Source: Geosiphon pyriformis uo1
Taxonomy: Eukaryota > Fungi > Glomeromycota
NCBI GenBank assembly: GCA_016748015.1
Contig: JAAOMT010000040.1
Span: forward strand, 434,001 to 498,000
Direction of reading: 5' to 3'
DNA: 64,000 nt
The translations under genes were made by a program, and so were the position numbers. A model generated the notes under the pieces. It did not search any database. It saw only the letters and a list, made by a program, of their open reading frames with translations, and was not told where the DNA came from. This document shows, in pieces, positions 29,088 to 43,043 of the stretch (its first letter is position 1; each line of letters begins with the position of its first letter).

Positions 29088-32000
29088 GATAAAATTGACT
29101 AATTATGAAAAAAGAGAATAAAGAAAATGATTTTTAGATATGGAGTTTTTATTTGTTTTTGGGTTTGGGTGTTTTGTAATTATTTACTATTTTTGTCTTT
29201 GTGTTTTTATTAGAGAATTATTGTAAAATTTAAGTGTTCAAGTTTGGTTGTTGTTCTATTATAATTATTGGTTCTAAATTTCGGGAAATATCTTCTGGAT
29301 TAATTAAAGGGGAATGTGTACCAATTTGTGGAATTAATGGTTCAGGATTGTTTCTGGAATGATAGTGTTTTAATCTGTCTCCATGTGCAACTTTTGCTAA
29401 TATTTTGTTATCAAGTTTTAACTTATATAATCCATTGCCTAGAATTTCATAAATATAAAATGGTCCATCCCATTTGTTTTTAAATTTCCCACTCCATTGT
29501 TTTTCAGCCTTAGTTCTGTGTAAGAGAACTTTATTTCCAACTTTAAATTTGTTAGTAATAGGTGGTAATTTATTGTTATGTCTTTCTTTTTGTTGAGCTT
29601 GAGAATGTTTAATATGAGTTGCTGCTATTCTTCTTTTTCCTTCCAGTGTACTAAGAAGAGTGTAGACTCTTCTTTGGAGTGTTTCTTGAAAGTTTTCTTT
29701 ATTGATTGGTTGCACTGGATATGTTTCCACTGTGAAATTAATTAGTAATGTTGCTGTCCTTCCATAAGTAAGATCAAATGGTGTGTGTTTCATAGTATCT
29801 TGTTTTAGTGTTCTGTATGCTAGTAACACTGATGGAATAAAGATATTTCATTCCTGTTCAAAGTCTGTTGAGACTTTGGCTAGAGATTCACACAATGTTT
29901 TGTTGAAACATTCTACAAATCCATTTGTTTGAGGGTGATAAGGTGATAATAGAGATCTTTTGACATTGAACCGTTCACAAATTTCTTGTATCAAGTTGTT
30001 CACAAAATGTGTTCCTTGATCAGATAAGAGTTCAATTGGGCATCCATGTCTACAAATAATGTCTTTATAGATGAAATTTGCTACTGATTTTGCATCTGCT
30101 CTTTGGATGGCTCTAGCTTCAGGCCATTTGGTAAGATAATCCACTGCAACTGCAATATAACAATTTCCTTGGATTGTGATAGGTAATGGTTCGACTAGAT
30201 CAATTCCAACTCTGTCAAAAGGTTGTCCAACTTTGATTGGATTTAAAGATTCTGTGGGGCGAGTTCCTTCTCTTCTTTGACAATTATTACAAGATTCTAC
30301 ATATTGTTGAATGTCTTTTTGCATGTGAGGCCAAAAATAATGTTCAAGGGTTTTTTGAATTGTTCCCTCTTTTTCCAAGTGTGCTGAAGACGGATCTGTG
30401 TGCATGTTGTATAAAATTTTTTTTTTTCATTCTCTTGTACTAATCTGAGTGGCTGGTTTGGTTTTCTGTGATTTTTATAATAGATTTTGTTCTGGTGTAT
30501 GAAATATTGTTTTGATTTTTGTTGTAAGTGGTGTTTTTTACTTGGAGACCAGTTTTTTGGCATTGTAAGAGTCTCCAAATAATTTTTAAGATTGCTGTAG
30601 TTTCTGGGATCCATTCTTGTTTGGTTATTTTGTTGGTAAGTTGGTAAGTTGTGGTAGAATTATTGTTGATATTAATCTTGTCTCATTCTTGAGAGGCTAT
30701 CAACATTGGTATGTAGTTTTTCTGATTTGTGGTGTACAATATATCTGTAGTCTGCTAAGAAGTCATTCCATTGAGACTGTTTGGCACTTTGTTCAGTTTT
30801 TTTTTATTGAGCCATTTGAGGCCAATGTTGTCCGTTATTATGTCAAATTCTTTTCCATTTTTCAGATATTGTTGAAAATGTTTACAAGCCCAAATAACTG
30901 CAGCAGCTTCTAATTCAGTTGAGCCATATTTGAGTTCTGTTGGCTTGAGTGTTCTGCTGGCATAGGCAATAACTTATTCTTGGTCATTTTCATCCAATTG
31001 TGATAAGATAGCACCAAATGCTATNNNNNNNNNNNNNNNNNNNNTGGGAGAGCACCAAATGTTACTGGAGGTTTTTGGTCTCTTTTCTTAAATGTTGGTA
31101 ATGTTGATTTGCTGTGAATTCACGTTTTCAGGAAGTAGTTGAACCTCCAATAACTGAATTTATCTTCAAATTATCTTCTATAATTTGAACTGCTGGGCCT
31201 NNNNNNNNNNNNNNNNNNNNNNNNNNNNNNNNNNNNNNNNNNNNNNNNNNNNNNNNNNNNNNNNNNNNNNNNNNNNNNNNNNNNNNNNNNNNNNNNNNNN
31301 NNNNNNNNNNNNNNNNNNNNNNNNNNNNNNNNNNNNNNNNNNNNNNNNNNNNNNNNNNNNNNNNNNNNNNNNNNNNNNNNNNNNNNNNNNNNNNNNNNNN
31401 NNNNNNNNNNNNNNNNNNNNNNNNNNNNNNNNNNNNNNNNNNNNNNNNNNNNNNNNNNNNNNNNNNNNNNNNNNNNNNNNNNNNNNNNNNNNNNNNNNNN
31501 NNNNNNNNNNNNNNNNNNNNNNNNNNNNNNNNNNNNNNNNNNNNNNNNNNNNNNNNNNNNNNNNNNNNNNNNNNNNNNNNNNNNNNNNNNNNNNNNNNNN
31601 NNNNNNNNNNNNNNNNNNNNNNNNNNNNNNNNNNNNNNNNNNNNNNNNNNNNNNNNNNNNNNNNNNNNNNNNNNNNNNNNNNNNNNNNNNNNNNNNNNNN
31701 NNNNNNNNNNNNNNNNNNNNNNNNNNNNNNNNNNNNNNNNNNNNNNNNNNNNNNNNNNNNNNNNNNNNNNNNNNNNNNNNNNNNNNNNNNNNNNNNNNNN
31801 NNNNNNNNNNNNNNNNNNNNNNNNNNNNNNNNNNNNNNNNNNNNNNNNNNNNNNNNNNNNNNNNNNNNNNNTTGTTTCAATTGTCTTTGTTGTTGAGGTT
31901 CTAAGGGACCCATATTGATTCGAGAGAGTTTTTCTTCCAACAAGTGGTAGTTTTCAGTAGTGGGAATAATATTTGGATTTGGGAGTAGAGTGTGCTTTAC

Positions 32001-32354
32001 AATTTCGATGAAATTAGAGACAATTTGAGGGTTTTCATCTTGAAAGATATTGCTGTGTATGATTCCAATTTCTAATTTGTTTAATAAAACAATAGGGTAA
32101 TTATTGGGGTTGTAGAATATAACTCAAAATTTTTTCATTCTTTTGGGAATATAAACGTTTGGAATTGATATTTCATGCTTCAAACAAATTTGTTCATTGG
32201 ATTCAAAGATTTGCTGTGTAGTGGTGGGTTTTGAGCAAGTGTAAATTTCTTGATGTTCTCCAAAAGATGAAATGGTAATTGGCTGAAGAAGTTGAAGAAT
32301 CTGGTGAGATTTATTTTGTGTATTACAAACTATGTTTACTGGGACTGTAAATTG

Positions 32355-32760
32355 TCCAGTTGAACCAAAATCTTGAGTTCTTCTTTCACTTTTTCCCAAT
32401 TGTTCTCTGTTGTTTACTGATTGTAAACCCGAAATGTTGATTAAGGGTAAGTAAATTGCTTGAGCAATTTTTTCAGCATGTTTAATTTTGAATGGTTTGT
32501 CTGTCTTATTCTGTAACATGATGGTAATGTCTCTAGTGTATCCTGCATCTATAACTTCTCCTCTAATATTGATTCCTTTGCTTGCTAATGATGATCTGGA
32601 GGCAATTTGAATTATTGCTCTTGGTGGAATTTCAAAAGCAATTTTGAGATTGATTTTTGTCAAAAACTTTGGTTGGAGAATCAAAGTATCTTTTCCTGGG
32701 TATCTTAGGTCATATCCAGCATCAATTTCGTGTGCTTTTTTTGGTCTGATTTCTTGGCTA
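32355..32760 (-). pseudogene. Retroelement-encoded trimeric dUTPase domain (family A)
   Basis: All five motifs: AGYDL, IASRSSLA, VIDAGY, KIAQAI, SERRTQDFGSTG. Confidence 0.9.
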
Positions 32761-35700
32761 TGGTTGTTAAAATATTTAGGTTGTAGAGGTGGTTGCTTTT
32801 CAAGAAGATAGATGGGAGTGGTTGGTAGTTCTTCTACTAGTTCAGATACTCCAAATTCGATTTTATTTTCATCATTCTCATCTGGCAGAAGAATGCTAAG
32901 AGCATAACATTCTAAATACCATTGGTCATCACAAGGCATAACACATTCTTCACACAATTGAATGTTCATTTGCTTTAATCATTGAATTTGAGCTTCTTTG
33001 GTCGGATATGTGTGGCTTGCAATTTGGTAGTAGGTTTCTACTTCATCTTCATAATCAAATCCAGCTAATTCCATGGTATACTTAATATATTCAGCTTCTT
33101 TTATTTGGTGGACATCTTCTTGAATGGCTCCATTGATCAATGCCATTGCTAGGTCAAAAATTATTTCAGCATCATAAGGGTAGTGGTAAAGTTTATTGAG
33201 AGCACTGTTGTATGCTGCATCAAATGGTGTTCCTCTTCTGACTTTTTCCGAAATTGATAGAGCATATTGACAGGTTTGATTATATACTCCTTCTCTCATT
33301 GCTACATCAATCCAATTGCATTCTTCTGGTAGCATTTCTCCACATGTAAGGCAAGGTGTGTTGTCTTATTTTCCACTTTTTTTTGGAGATCCAAATCGTT
33401 CTCTATGGCATGTTTTACAAAAGTAACAGGTACAAGTTTCATATTCCTCTTCTGGAGAAATACATGCTCCCATTAATAAAAGTTTTTTGTTGCAATTTTT
33501 GCATTTGAGTGGAATATAGGATGGTTGTTTCTGTGGTTCTGGTGTAGAATATCTAATTTTCTTCCATCCCTTTGATTCTTCAAAAATCTCTTGTTCGGTT
33601 TCTTCAGCCCAATTAGATGTTGATCCAAGAGCCATGTAAGTTTCAGTAAGTGGCATTTCTTTTTCCTCTTCAAATTCAAATACTAGAGCTTTTTCTGATT
33701 GTTTGTTAAAGGTACCACAGATTGCAGGTACTATGGTATATTGTCCTTGGTATGAGATTTTAAGTTCTTGAGTTTCCCAGTTCAGGTTTGCATTGGCCTT
33801 GAGAAGCCAATCATTTCCGACTAGAGCTTGGTATTGGGGTGCATTCATAACAAGAACTTTAACTGAAATGGTGATTCCATCAATTGAAAAAAGGAAATCA
33901 TCAATTTTTCCTACTAGAGTCTTCTTCATACCATCAGCTGTGACAATAACTGTTTGAACTGGTCTGTTTACATTTTGTTTGAGTTGTTGTATCAGCTGGT
34001 AAGTGATGATACTTCCAGCTAATCCACTATCTAAGATTAAGTGAATGGGTTTTCCTTCCACTCTAGCTTCTGTGTACATGGCAGTAATTGCTTTCTGTTT
34101 ATTGACTGCTGCATTACTAAGCAGAAATGGTGATTTATTTGCTTCAAATTCAAATAGAAATATATCTGACAGATTAGCATTTTGGGCAATTTGAGCTGGT
34201 GGAATGGTGTGGTTGGAAGAGTTTGATTTTAGTGCTACAACTTCATCTTCAGAAAGTACAGTTTGTTGAAAATCCGATTCCTCTGGTATTGTAAGATAAC
34301 TGGATTGAGTGTGATAGTGATTGGGTCTTTGCTGACCCGAATTTTGGGGAACCAACTAGTTATTTGAATTGATTCTGTTGTGGTTATTCTGCAATTGATT
34401 TTGGGGTGTGAATTGGTTATGTTGAACCAATCTTCTTGCTGGTACTTGATATTGTTGAGTGGGTGGTGTCTGATATGGCTGAATTGGTAAAGGTTGCTGA
34501 TATTGTTGCTGCATTGATTGTGGAGCTGGTGGATAGTAGTTTTGATTTTGTGGTCTTGGTGAATAATAGGTTGGTGGTGGAGATTGGTAATAGGATTGTT
34601 ATGGTGAAGAGTAATGTTGATTACTCCTGTTTTGTTGGTCTTTTTGCAATTTCCTACAATCTCGTTTCCAGTGTCTTGGAATTCCACAATAATGACAATT
34701 TTGAGATTAGTTGTTGGATGGTAATCCAAAATTGTTTTGGTTGTGTCGTTGTGATGGTTGATATCTTTGTGGTTGTTACTGCTGTTGTTGTTGGTTTGTA
34801 AAATAGCTTTCAACTTTTTTTGTGAGTTGGTCTATCTTTTCTTCAGCTGCTGAGCTGGTTTCTCCAATTGCAAGGTTTACAAGCTTGGTGTGATTTGCTT
34901 CTTCTATTGCCATTTCATAGCTCTTTGCATGTCTAATAGCAGTTGCTAAGTCTACTGGAGCATGTGAACGGACTTTTTTAATCAGTTTGTCTTTTAATCC
35001 TGCTATAAACTGATTCAGAATTTGAGCATCAGAATAGTAGTCATTGGTTTCCAATTGTCGGATTCGTCTGAGAAGTTTGTTAAATCTTCCAAGATAGGTC
35101 ATAACAGATTCAGATGTTTCTTGTTTGATATTGTGAAAGTGGTTTCTGAGAGTGATAGAGGTATTGTTGTCAGTGAATTGTTGTAGAAAAGCATCTTTGA
35201 ATGCTTGCCAGTTTTCAAATGGTTCTTCTAAATTTTCAAACCATTCTTCTGCTGTTCCTTGGAGAAAGTAGGAAATTGCTTTGAGCATTCTTGCTGCAAT
35301 TCAACCATTTGCATCTCCTGCTTTTTGAACCTTGTCAAGCCATTCTTGAGGACTGGTATCATTGTTTTTACCAGTGAATTCTGGGATTTTTGCAATGTAA
35401 GCAGTTGCCATTTTTTCTTCATTTTCTATAATTTCTTCTAGTTCTGATTCAGTTTCTTTACTTTCTAAGCTTTCTAAGTGATTTCTTTCATTTTCTTGTA
35501 AGTAATTAATGATATTGGCACTTGTTGATATTGGTTCCTGCTGTTGAGTAGAATTTCTAGGTGACTGAAAATCTTCTGGTCTGGAGAAATGGCTAAGTGG
35601 TAAATTTGGTGTTTGTGGTTAAACAAATAAAATTGGAAATGGTGTAATAGAAAGCGGTAATTTGACACTGGTTCCTTGTTCAGGTGTTTGCAAGTGTTTA

Positions 35701-37165
35701 ACAGTTGTCTTTTGTAGTGTTGAAGTGTTTGGAGTGGTTCTTGAGTATTGTTTCAATCTTTGTTTGCCTTTGTTGCTTGTTTCTGTCTCTGATTCAAAGT
35801 CAAAAGAGTATTTAGACTGTACTGGGTATTTTTTTTCACAATACTCAATAATGTTAAAATTAAGTTCTTGAAAGTAAGTAGCAAGTGTTTCACTGTTCAG
35901 ATCTTCTGTTCCCAATTGTGAATAGTGCACTAAATTATTGTAGAGGTTGCTTCTAACTTCTGAAATGTTGTAGTTTCTAAAAAGATAATTGTTAATGCAG
36001 TTTTCAATGTATTGGTATACTGATTTCTTTACAACTTCAATTCCGTCTGGAATGTTGAATCTTTGCTTGCAGTGGATGTAAATTGACTGATAATACTCTA
36101 GAGTTGCTGTGTCTGGTGTGGTCACCACTTTGAATTTGTTGTTGCTGTGTTATTTCTATGGGAGAGCACCAAATGTTACTGGAGGTTTTTGGTCTCTTTT
36201 CTTAAATGTTGGTAATGTTGATTTGCTGTGAATTCACGTTTTCAGGAAGTAGTTGAACCTCCAATAACTGAATTTATCTTCAAATTATCTTCTATAATTT
36301 GAACTGCTGGGCTTATAAGTGGAATGGCCAATTTCTTGCCAGTTACTTTATGTAGTTACGTTGTAGTAAACATTAACTCTTTTCCAGAAATTGCTCATCT
36401 GGAAGCTCACTAAAAATATGTAGTTACTTTGCTGTGAAAGTCAACTCTTCTACAGGAATCTTGTCTGTAGACTACTCTAATGATTGTAATAAGAAAAAAA
36501 TAAATAAATAAAAGAAATGTAAAAGAAATAAAATTCTGTCAAGGGAAACGTTTTCTATCCAGGCCTGGAGTTGCTAACAGTTTACTGAAATTGGTAGCTA
36601 ATCAATTTCGAAATGTTAGTTGGGTTTTGGGGATTTTCCAAGTGCAATAATTAAAGAACTTGGTTTTTCAAATTATTTGATATTTATTTCTTTTTGTGTG
36701 TATAGGAATGATTCTAAGTGATAAATCTAAAGTAAGATACATTTTCCAGAAGAGAAAAGCTCTTCTTTTATACAACTTGTTGTAGTACTAGTTTATAAAC
36801 TTGCACTTTTTCTTTTTGCTCAAATTTCGGTGAACTAAAGATACATTTTGATGAACTACAAGTTATTTTGCTGAACTATTGATTAATTTGGGTGAACTAT
36901 TCATAATTTCGGCGAATTTTTTATAAATTTCGGCGAATTTCTGTAAATTTCGGCGAATTTTTGAATGTTACAAAGTTCAGGGTATTGTGTAATTTGATCA
37001 TCCTACTTTCTGTTATACTAAATAGATTATTTTAATTGAATCGTGATATGTAATAATTGTTTAAATAATAAATGATAATTTGATTTAATATTAATATACT
37101 AATGAATTATAGGAATTATAAGGGTAATTTCATGCTAATTAATAGCTAAAATTCTACTGGTAACA

Positions 37166-40100
37166 GTGTTAATGGTGCTTTTGAATCTTTAATAGGCCGT
37201 TGGGAGTCTTTGGATGTTGATAAGGCTTTGTCTGTTCAAACTTTATTGGATTCTGGTGTGGATTTTGATCATGTACATTTGGCTTTTTTTAGTGTGCAAA
37301 AATTATATTGTGCCTTCAAGCTTGCTGAGTCTTTGCAAGCTGAAAAGTCAAGAATTAAGTCAGCTGTTAATAAACAAATAAAAAATTTTGAAGTTAATAA
37401 AGGTCACATAATTAGAAGCATATTAGAGCATCCTTTTCAAAAAATTGTTTTAGACCATCTGGTAATTAAGGATAAGCTGATTTTGAAACCCAATCTGGTT
37501 AAAACCAGAGTGGATAATGTAATAAAAGGCTAAATTAGAAATTGTGAAGTGATAAAAGATTTCTCTAATAATTGATCTCATCAATATCAGCCTTTAGAGT
37601 ATGTTTTTAATGATGTTTTTTCAAATATAATGTATTCAATTAGTTTTGATAAGTTGCTCGGTGTGGTTTTTGATCTGCCTGATGACAAGGCTGCTGGTTT
37701 TTCTGGGGTCTTAAACAAGCTTTAGAAGCATTGTGACAAATCAGTTTTGGATATGCTTTTGGTTTTTTTGAATTCCTGTTTGTTTTGTGAGTTAGTATCT
37801 GATGCTTGAAAAAAAGTCTGGATCTTGATGATTTTTAAGCTGTATAAGTAAGAGAAAGTTTTTATGAATATCTGACCTATTGTTTTAATTAAGACTGTTT
37901 GCAAAATTCTTTTTAAGATTCTCTTGAACAGGATTTCTTTGGCACACAGCACTTTTGATGTTTTGCAAGGGGACAACTTCTTGGTTTTAAAAGATACAAC
38001 TATACAATCTCCTATTTTTGCCATTGGTTCAGTTATTAAGAATACATTGAAAAAAAACTATGAACTCTGGCTGATCTTATAGAACATGCAAAAAGTCTAT
38101 GATTCAGTTGGGTGGGAGCATCTTAGGAGAAGCTTGGTCAAGATAAAAATGTGTGATAGATTCATTAAATTTTTTGGTGGAATTTACAATGGTCATGTTA
38201 ACAGGGTTATGATGAATTTTGGTTTAATGGATGAATATCAGATACATGATAGTTTGGATCAGGAGAAAGTGTTCTTGCCTCTTCTTTGGCACATATTTTA
38301 TGATCCTCTTTTATGTAAAGTCAAGAAACAGGAAAGTATGTGTAAATATAGATTGAATTCTCATTTTGTTACCAAAACTAATCATGTAGAATTTTAGACT
38401 GGATTGACATTTTTTCTTGCTACTGGTGCTTTTGTTGATAATATGATATGAGTTGGCAGCAGTCAGGCTGCAACTCAACACATTTTTAATGTTGCTAGCA
38501 AATTTTTTAAAATCAATGACATCTTTATTAATAATAACAAGACAGTGGTTATCCCTATCAATTGCAGAGTTGAATTTTTCTCTTTGTTAATCAGTGGTTT
38601 GTCTATTTCCATTACCAAAAAGAGAGAGTCTCATCACTACTTGGGTATCTTTTTGTCTATGGATGGTTTGTTGAAGCCTAGTTTGGCTAAGACACATTCA
38701 GATGTCAGGTTTTTTGCCAATTTTGTGCTAAGAAAAGCCATTTCAGATAAGCAGTTCTTGTATTTGGTGTTGGTAGTTCTCTATCCTATTGTTAGCTACA
38801 GAACACAGTTCAGTTTTATTCCTATTGGGGTGTGTAAAAAGTAGGATGTTTTGATTTACAAAGTATTAAAATTGAAATCTGGTCTGTCTTTTGACTTTCC
38901 CAGTAATGCATTTTACCACCCTTTGTTGTATGGTTTGAAACCTTTTGAGCAAGTCCAGGCTGAAAGCAAGATGGTTTCTGTTGTGTGTTTTATGAACTCT
39001 GTTAATATTTTGGGTTAGTTGTTTTTGCACAGGTTTCATGACTTACAGATTCTGTCTTAGAGTCCACTCCACCCTTTGGTTTCTCCAGCTCATATTAGAG
39101 TCAGTGCTTCTGATAAATTTTTGGCAGATGTGGTTTGTATTTTTTTTGGATGTAGTCTGTCTTTGAGTGGTTATGTAAACAATATTTTTCATTTTTGTGG
39201 TGAAACTTTTATGTTATCTGTTCTTGGCAAGTTTGATTATTTTAAGTTTCTTCTGTTTCTTTGGTGATATCATTGCTTTCATGGAACAGCTTCACAATAA
39301 AGATGGAATCATTTTTAATTGAAAGATCTTTAAGCATTGGAAAAGACTGGATCTGCATGGCTTGGTTCTTAATTGGTTTAGGCTTTCTGTCAATTTTCTC
39401 AATGATGTGGCTTTTTCTCCTGTTTGTTCTTCTTTATTGGGTGTTTTTGAACCTTCAGATGTCTTGGGATCTGGTAGATTTGAATTGGTTTATGATTGTT
39501 TGTTGAGTCTTATGGTTGATGGCCTTTCTGTCTATACGGATGGATCTCTAAGAGGCTTGGAGAGTATTGACATAAGAGCTGGAGCTGTGACCTTTTTTGA
39601 GAATATAAGCTTGGGTTTGGATGTTAAGGTTTCTGGTCTGATGTTTTCTACTTTGGTTGAGTTGCAGGCCATCGCATTGGCTTTTGAGTGTATTCCTCTT
39701 TTTAGCTTGGTTAGCATCTTTATGGACAGTTAGGTTGTCTTGGATGTATGTAAATTGGAATTAGATTTAGTTTGTCTGGATTTTTGGAATCGCTGTTGGG
39801 TCAAGTACTGGCACATTGTGAACATTATTAGGAAAAAAAATTTGAATATTAGCTGGCACAAAATAAAAGGTCATTCAAGAATCATGAGTAATGAATGTGT
39901 TAACATACTTGCTAATACAGCTTTTTTTTCTCCCTGGTGTCTTCCTTTTTGTGTAAAAGAACATTGTATTTTGGCTAAAGATAGTGTTGTTTCTGGTAAT
40001 TTTAGACATTTTGTATGAGGAATCTTTTAGTCTATTTGTCATGTATACTGAGAAGTTGGTTCAAATTCTAGAGTTTTGAATAATAGTCTGTACTTGAACA

Positions 40101-40958
40101 TTGATTGGCTTAGCTCATCATTGGTATGGCATCCAGACTTGTACATGGCAGCTGACTTTACTAATAAATCTACAGCTAGTGCTTGAACATATTTTATGAA
40201 GGCTTTGTATCATCAACTGCCAGTAACTATTTGGAAGCACCTATATAATAGATGTTACTTCAGTGTGCTGTGTTTATATTGTGGTAATGTAGAAATTTCT
40301 GATCATGTCTTTTTTTGTGTGGTTAATGATCATATTTGTCATCATTTGTTAAATGCTTATGTGGCTGCTTGGGGTGTGCTTTCTGGTTTTATCATCACTT
40401 CTTTAGTTGTTTTTTAAATGTTGTCCTTTTGTATTTCTAATGTTACAGTTTGCATGGTTGTTTGTAAGGGCTTTGTTTTCAAGAAGTGGTTTCGGGAAGC
40501 TGCATCTGTCTTTAAGAGTTTTAAATTAACTAGTCAGAAGGTTGTAAAGTTTGTGTACGATTTCTGTCTTGCTTTCAAGAACAAAATTTGGTTGATCTGC
40601 ACTAAGCATTATGGTTTTATGGAAAAGAATAGGCTGATACTATGTAATAGTTTGGCTCTGGTTTCAGTTTCTGGGCTGTCTACAGTGTTTTCTGCAGGTG
40701 TGATTAAATTGCTGGATATTGCTAAGATGTTTGGCATTGGTTTTGAATTTTATAGATCTAGTTTGTTTTTTACAGGTTTTAGGGACTCAGTTTCAGTATA
40801 TATAGGTGCTTAGTGTTGTCTTGATCAGCTTGAGTGGCTGGTTGCATGTAAAAAATGCATGATTCACATTTAGTTTAGATTAATCATTTAATGTATTGTA
40901 CTAGGTAGTGTTTAGACCTCATTTGTAAAATATAATAAAAAAAAAAAAAAAAAAAAAA
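37166..40958 (+). mobile_element. LINE (family X) 3' part: decayed RT, RNase H, C-terminal zinc finger, 3' UTR, poly(A)
   Basis: MQKVYDSVGW, LDQEKVFLPLLW, AFVDN (FVDD), VYTDGSL..ELQAI..KIKGHS, CLYCGNVEISDHVFFC, A-tail at 40937-40958. Confidence 0.9.
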
Positions 40959-43003
40959 GTAAATTAAAAAACTTTTTGTCTTTTTAATTTTATGACCATA
41001 ATCAAAGCAAAGAATAAAAAAGCTGCACTTAATATCTTTCCTGAAATATTTAATAAAATTTCAACTAAAAAAGCTCTCTTTGTTGTAGAAGCAACCAAAC
41101 AAAATATTTTAAAAATCTTTTCTTTATCTAGTAATTGTAAAATGCTGCTTTTAGTAGCTACTAAAGCAATTTTTTATTTTTGGCTAGTTTTTTACCAGTA
41201 AAAATTCTTTTAAAGAAACATATTTGGATTAGTTTCAGTATCATTTTCATTCCAACTAAAAGTCTAAAAGTTTTTAATAACAAACTAGTAAACAAGCTGG
41301 TTTTCCTTTTATAGCTTTAACACCTAATACTGTTAGCACTATCTTTTCAAAAAAATGGTCAAAAAGACCAAAAGTTCAGAAAAGTGGAGACAATCACTTG
41401 CCTTTGCTATTGTTACACCAAATCTCTTTGTGGTTCCCAATGAAATCTTATGTAAGATCTCTATAGTATTATCTAATATGTCATTCAAGATGGGCCAAAA
41501 TCAATTATTAACTATATTGCCAAATATGACATCTTCTGGCAGATTATTGCCAATTTTAAAAACAAAACATTTATCTTTTGTAGTGTTATCTGTTCTTGAA
41601 AAATAGGCTGACCAAATGGAAATTAAATCATTTTTTCCTTTAGTTTCTGGTACTGTCACTAATAGTGTTTGGAAAATCATTGCTAATTGTTAAAAGTTTG
41701 CTGAGTGGGTGGCCTTTTTTCTGGTGCTCAATGCTATTTTCAAGATCAAATTGACTTATTTTAAGACTGTTTTTCAGTTTGTACATGGTTTTTTGAATGC
41801 AAAGTCAGTATTAAAAGACAATATAAAGCTTTTTTGTATGGAGTTTGCTTTTTAAAGTCCTTTAGATGCTGCATTTTTAGTTGAGCTTACAAGTTTTGTT
41901 TATCTTGTTACTCTTAAAATTACCAAGTTTTTGGTGGTTTCTGAGTCTGGTTTTTTTTCTGCTGCTATTGTGCTGTATAATATGTTTTTGAGTGTGTCTG
42001 TTGCTAATATTAAGTCAGTTTTTGATGTTTTTGGTAAAATTTTTCATGTAATACTAAAGTCTACTGGTGTTTGACAATACATAATTGTTTACTTTAAAGA
42101 ATTAAATACTACTGTATCTGCTCTTATTTATTGATCAATTTTGGTGGGCAAAAATAGTGTTTAAATTTTTTTTTTGCCAATTAAAATAAAACAATTTTGT
42201 CTTATGATAGGTTCAAGACCAAGTTAGTCAACTTTTCTTTTAGTTGCACTGTCTTTGAGATTAGTAATATGATTTTTCAGATTAGTAATCAGATGTATTT
42301 TATTTTTTAGTCTTTTGATTCTGGTTATCATTTTTGGTTTGCTCTGGTTATATTTGGTTCTCAAGCTAATTTGAATTCTGCTGTTATCAAAACTAATATA
42401 TTGAGAAAATGTTATATTTGGTGGGAGACTTCTGGCTGTTAGTACTGTTTTAGGTGTTAAGAAATAGACCATTTGGCTGTAGATTGTAAAGTGTTTTCAC
42501 CTCCTCTCTTAAAAGCTCTTAAGATATTCAAATCATTGTTACTCATAAAAATATAGAGAATATATATTAGCATAGTTATTAACCAATCAGAAGTAGACAT
42601 AGTAAAATGTGGAATTCCAGTATTTCTCTCAGGAATTGCAAAATTCCAGGAATTACAGGATTCTCACAAGGAATTGCAGGATTCTAGAATTCCAGGATTC
42701 CTTTCAAAAGAATTGCAGGATTCCAGAAATTCCAGGATTCCTGTTGTGAAAAATTGAGGAATTGAGGAATTTTAATTATGTATATATAGCAGTAAGATTA
42801 GAAGCTAAAAAAACAGATCTCTCAGTTTAGATTTCATCTAGACAACTTTTTAAACCACAAATAAATAACTGTTTGTTATCTCAAACCCACTGTCATTATC
42901 AACACTTTATGTTGATAGTAATTGATACTTAACCACACTGGAACAATAGCTCTTGATCATGGCTATTGACAAAATACTAACTTGCAAATCACCTTGGCTT
43001 ATT

Positions 43004-43043
<40 letters not shown>

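Larger units (their letters stand above)
27451..37165 (-). mobile_element. Gypsy family A element: 5' LTR 37165-36174, PBS, gag-PR-Cys-rich-dUTPase-(RT in N gap)-RH-IN, 3' ORF, PPT, 3' LTR 28399-27451
   Basis: TGTTAC..GTAACA LTRs; PBS TTTGGTGCTCTCCCA; CHYCGIPRHWKRDC knuckle; LILDSG protease; AGYDL..FGSTG dUTPase; VGIDLV/LLSDQG integrase; PPT GAGAAGGAGATTA. Confidence 0.92.

Noticed and set aside
31045-31200. Extra PBS plus LTR-A fragment inside the A element
   Set aside because: Bounded by N gaps, nearly identical to 36159-36312 and sitting where RT should be; most likely a misplaced contig
42611-42772. GGAATTCCA-type repeats as a CRISPR-like array
   Set aside because: No unique spacers; they are internal LTR tandem repeats present in all B LTRs
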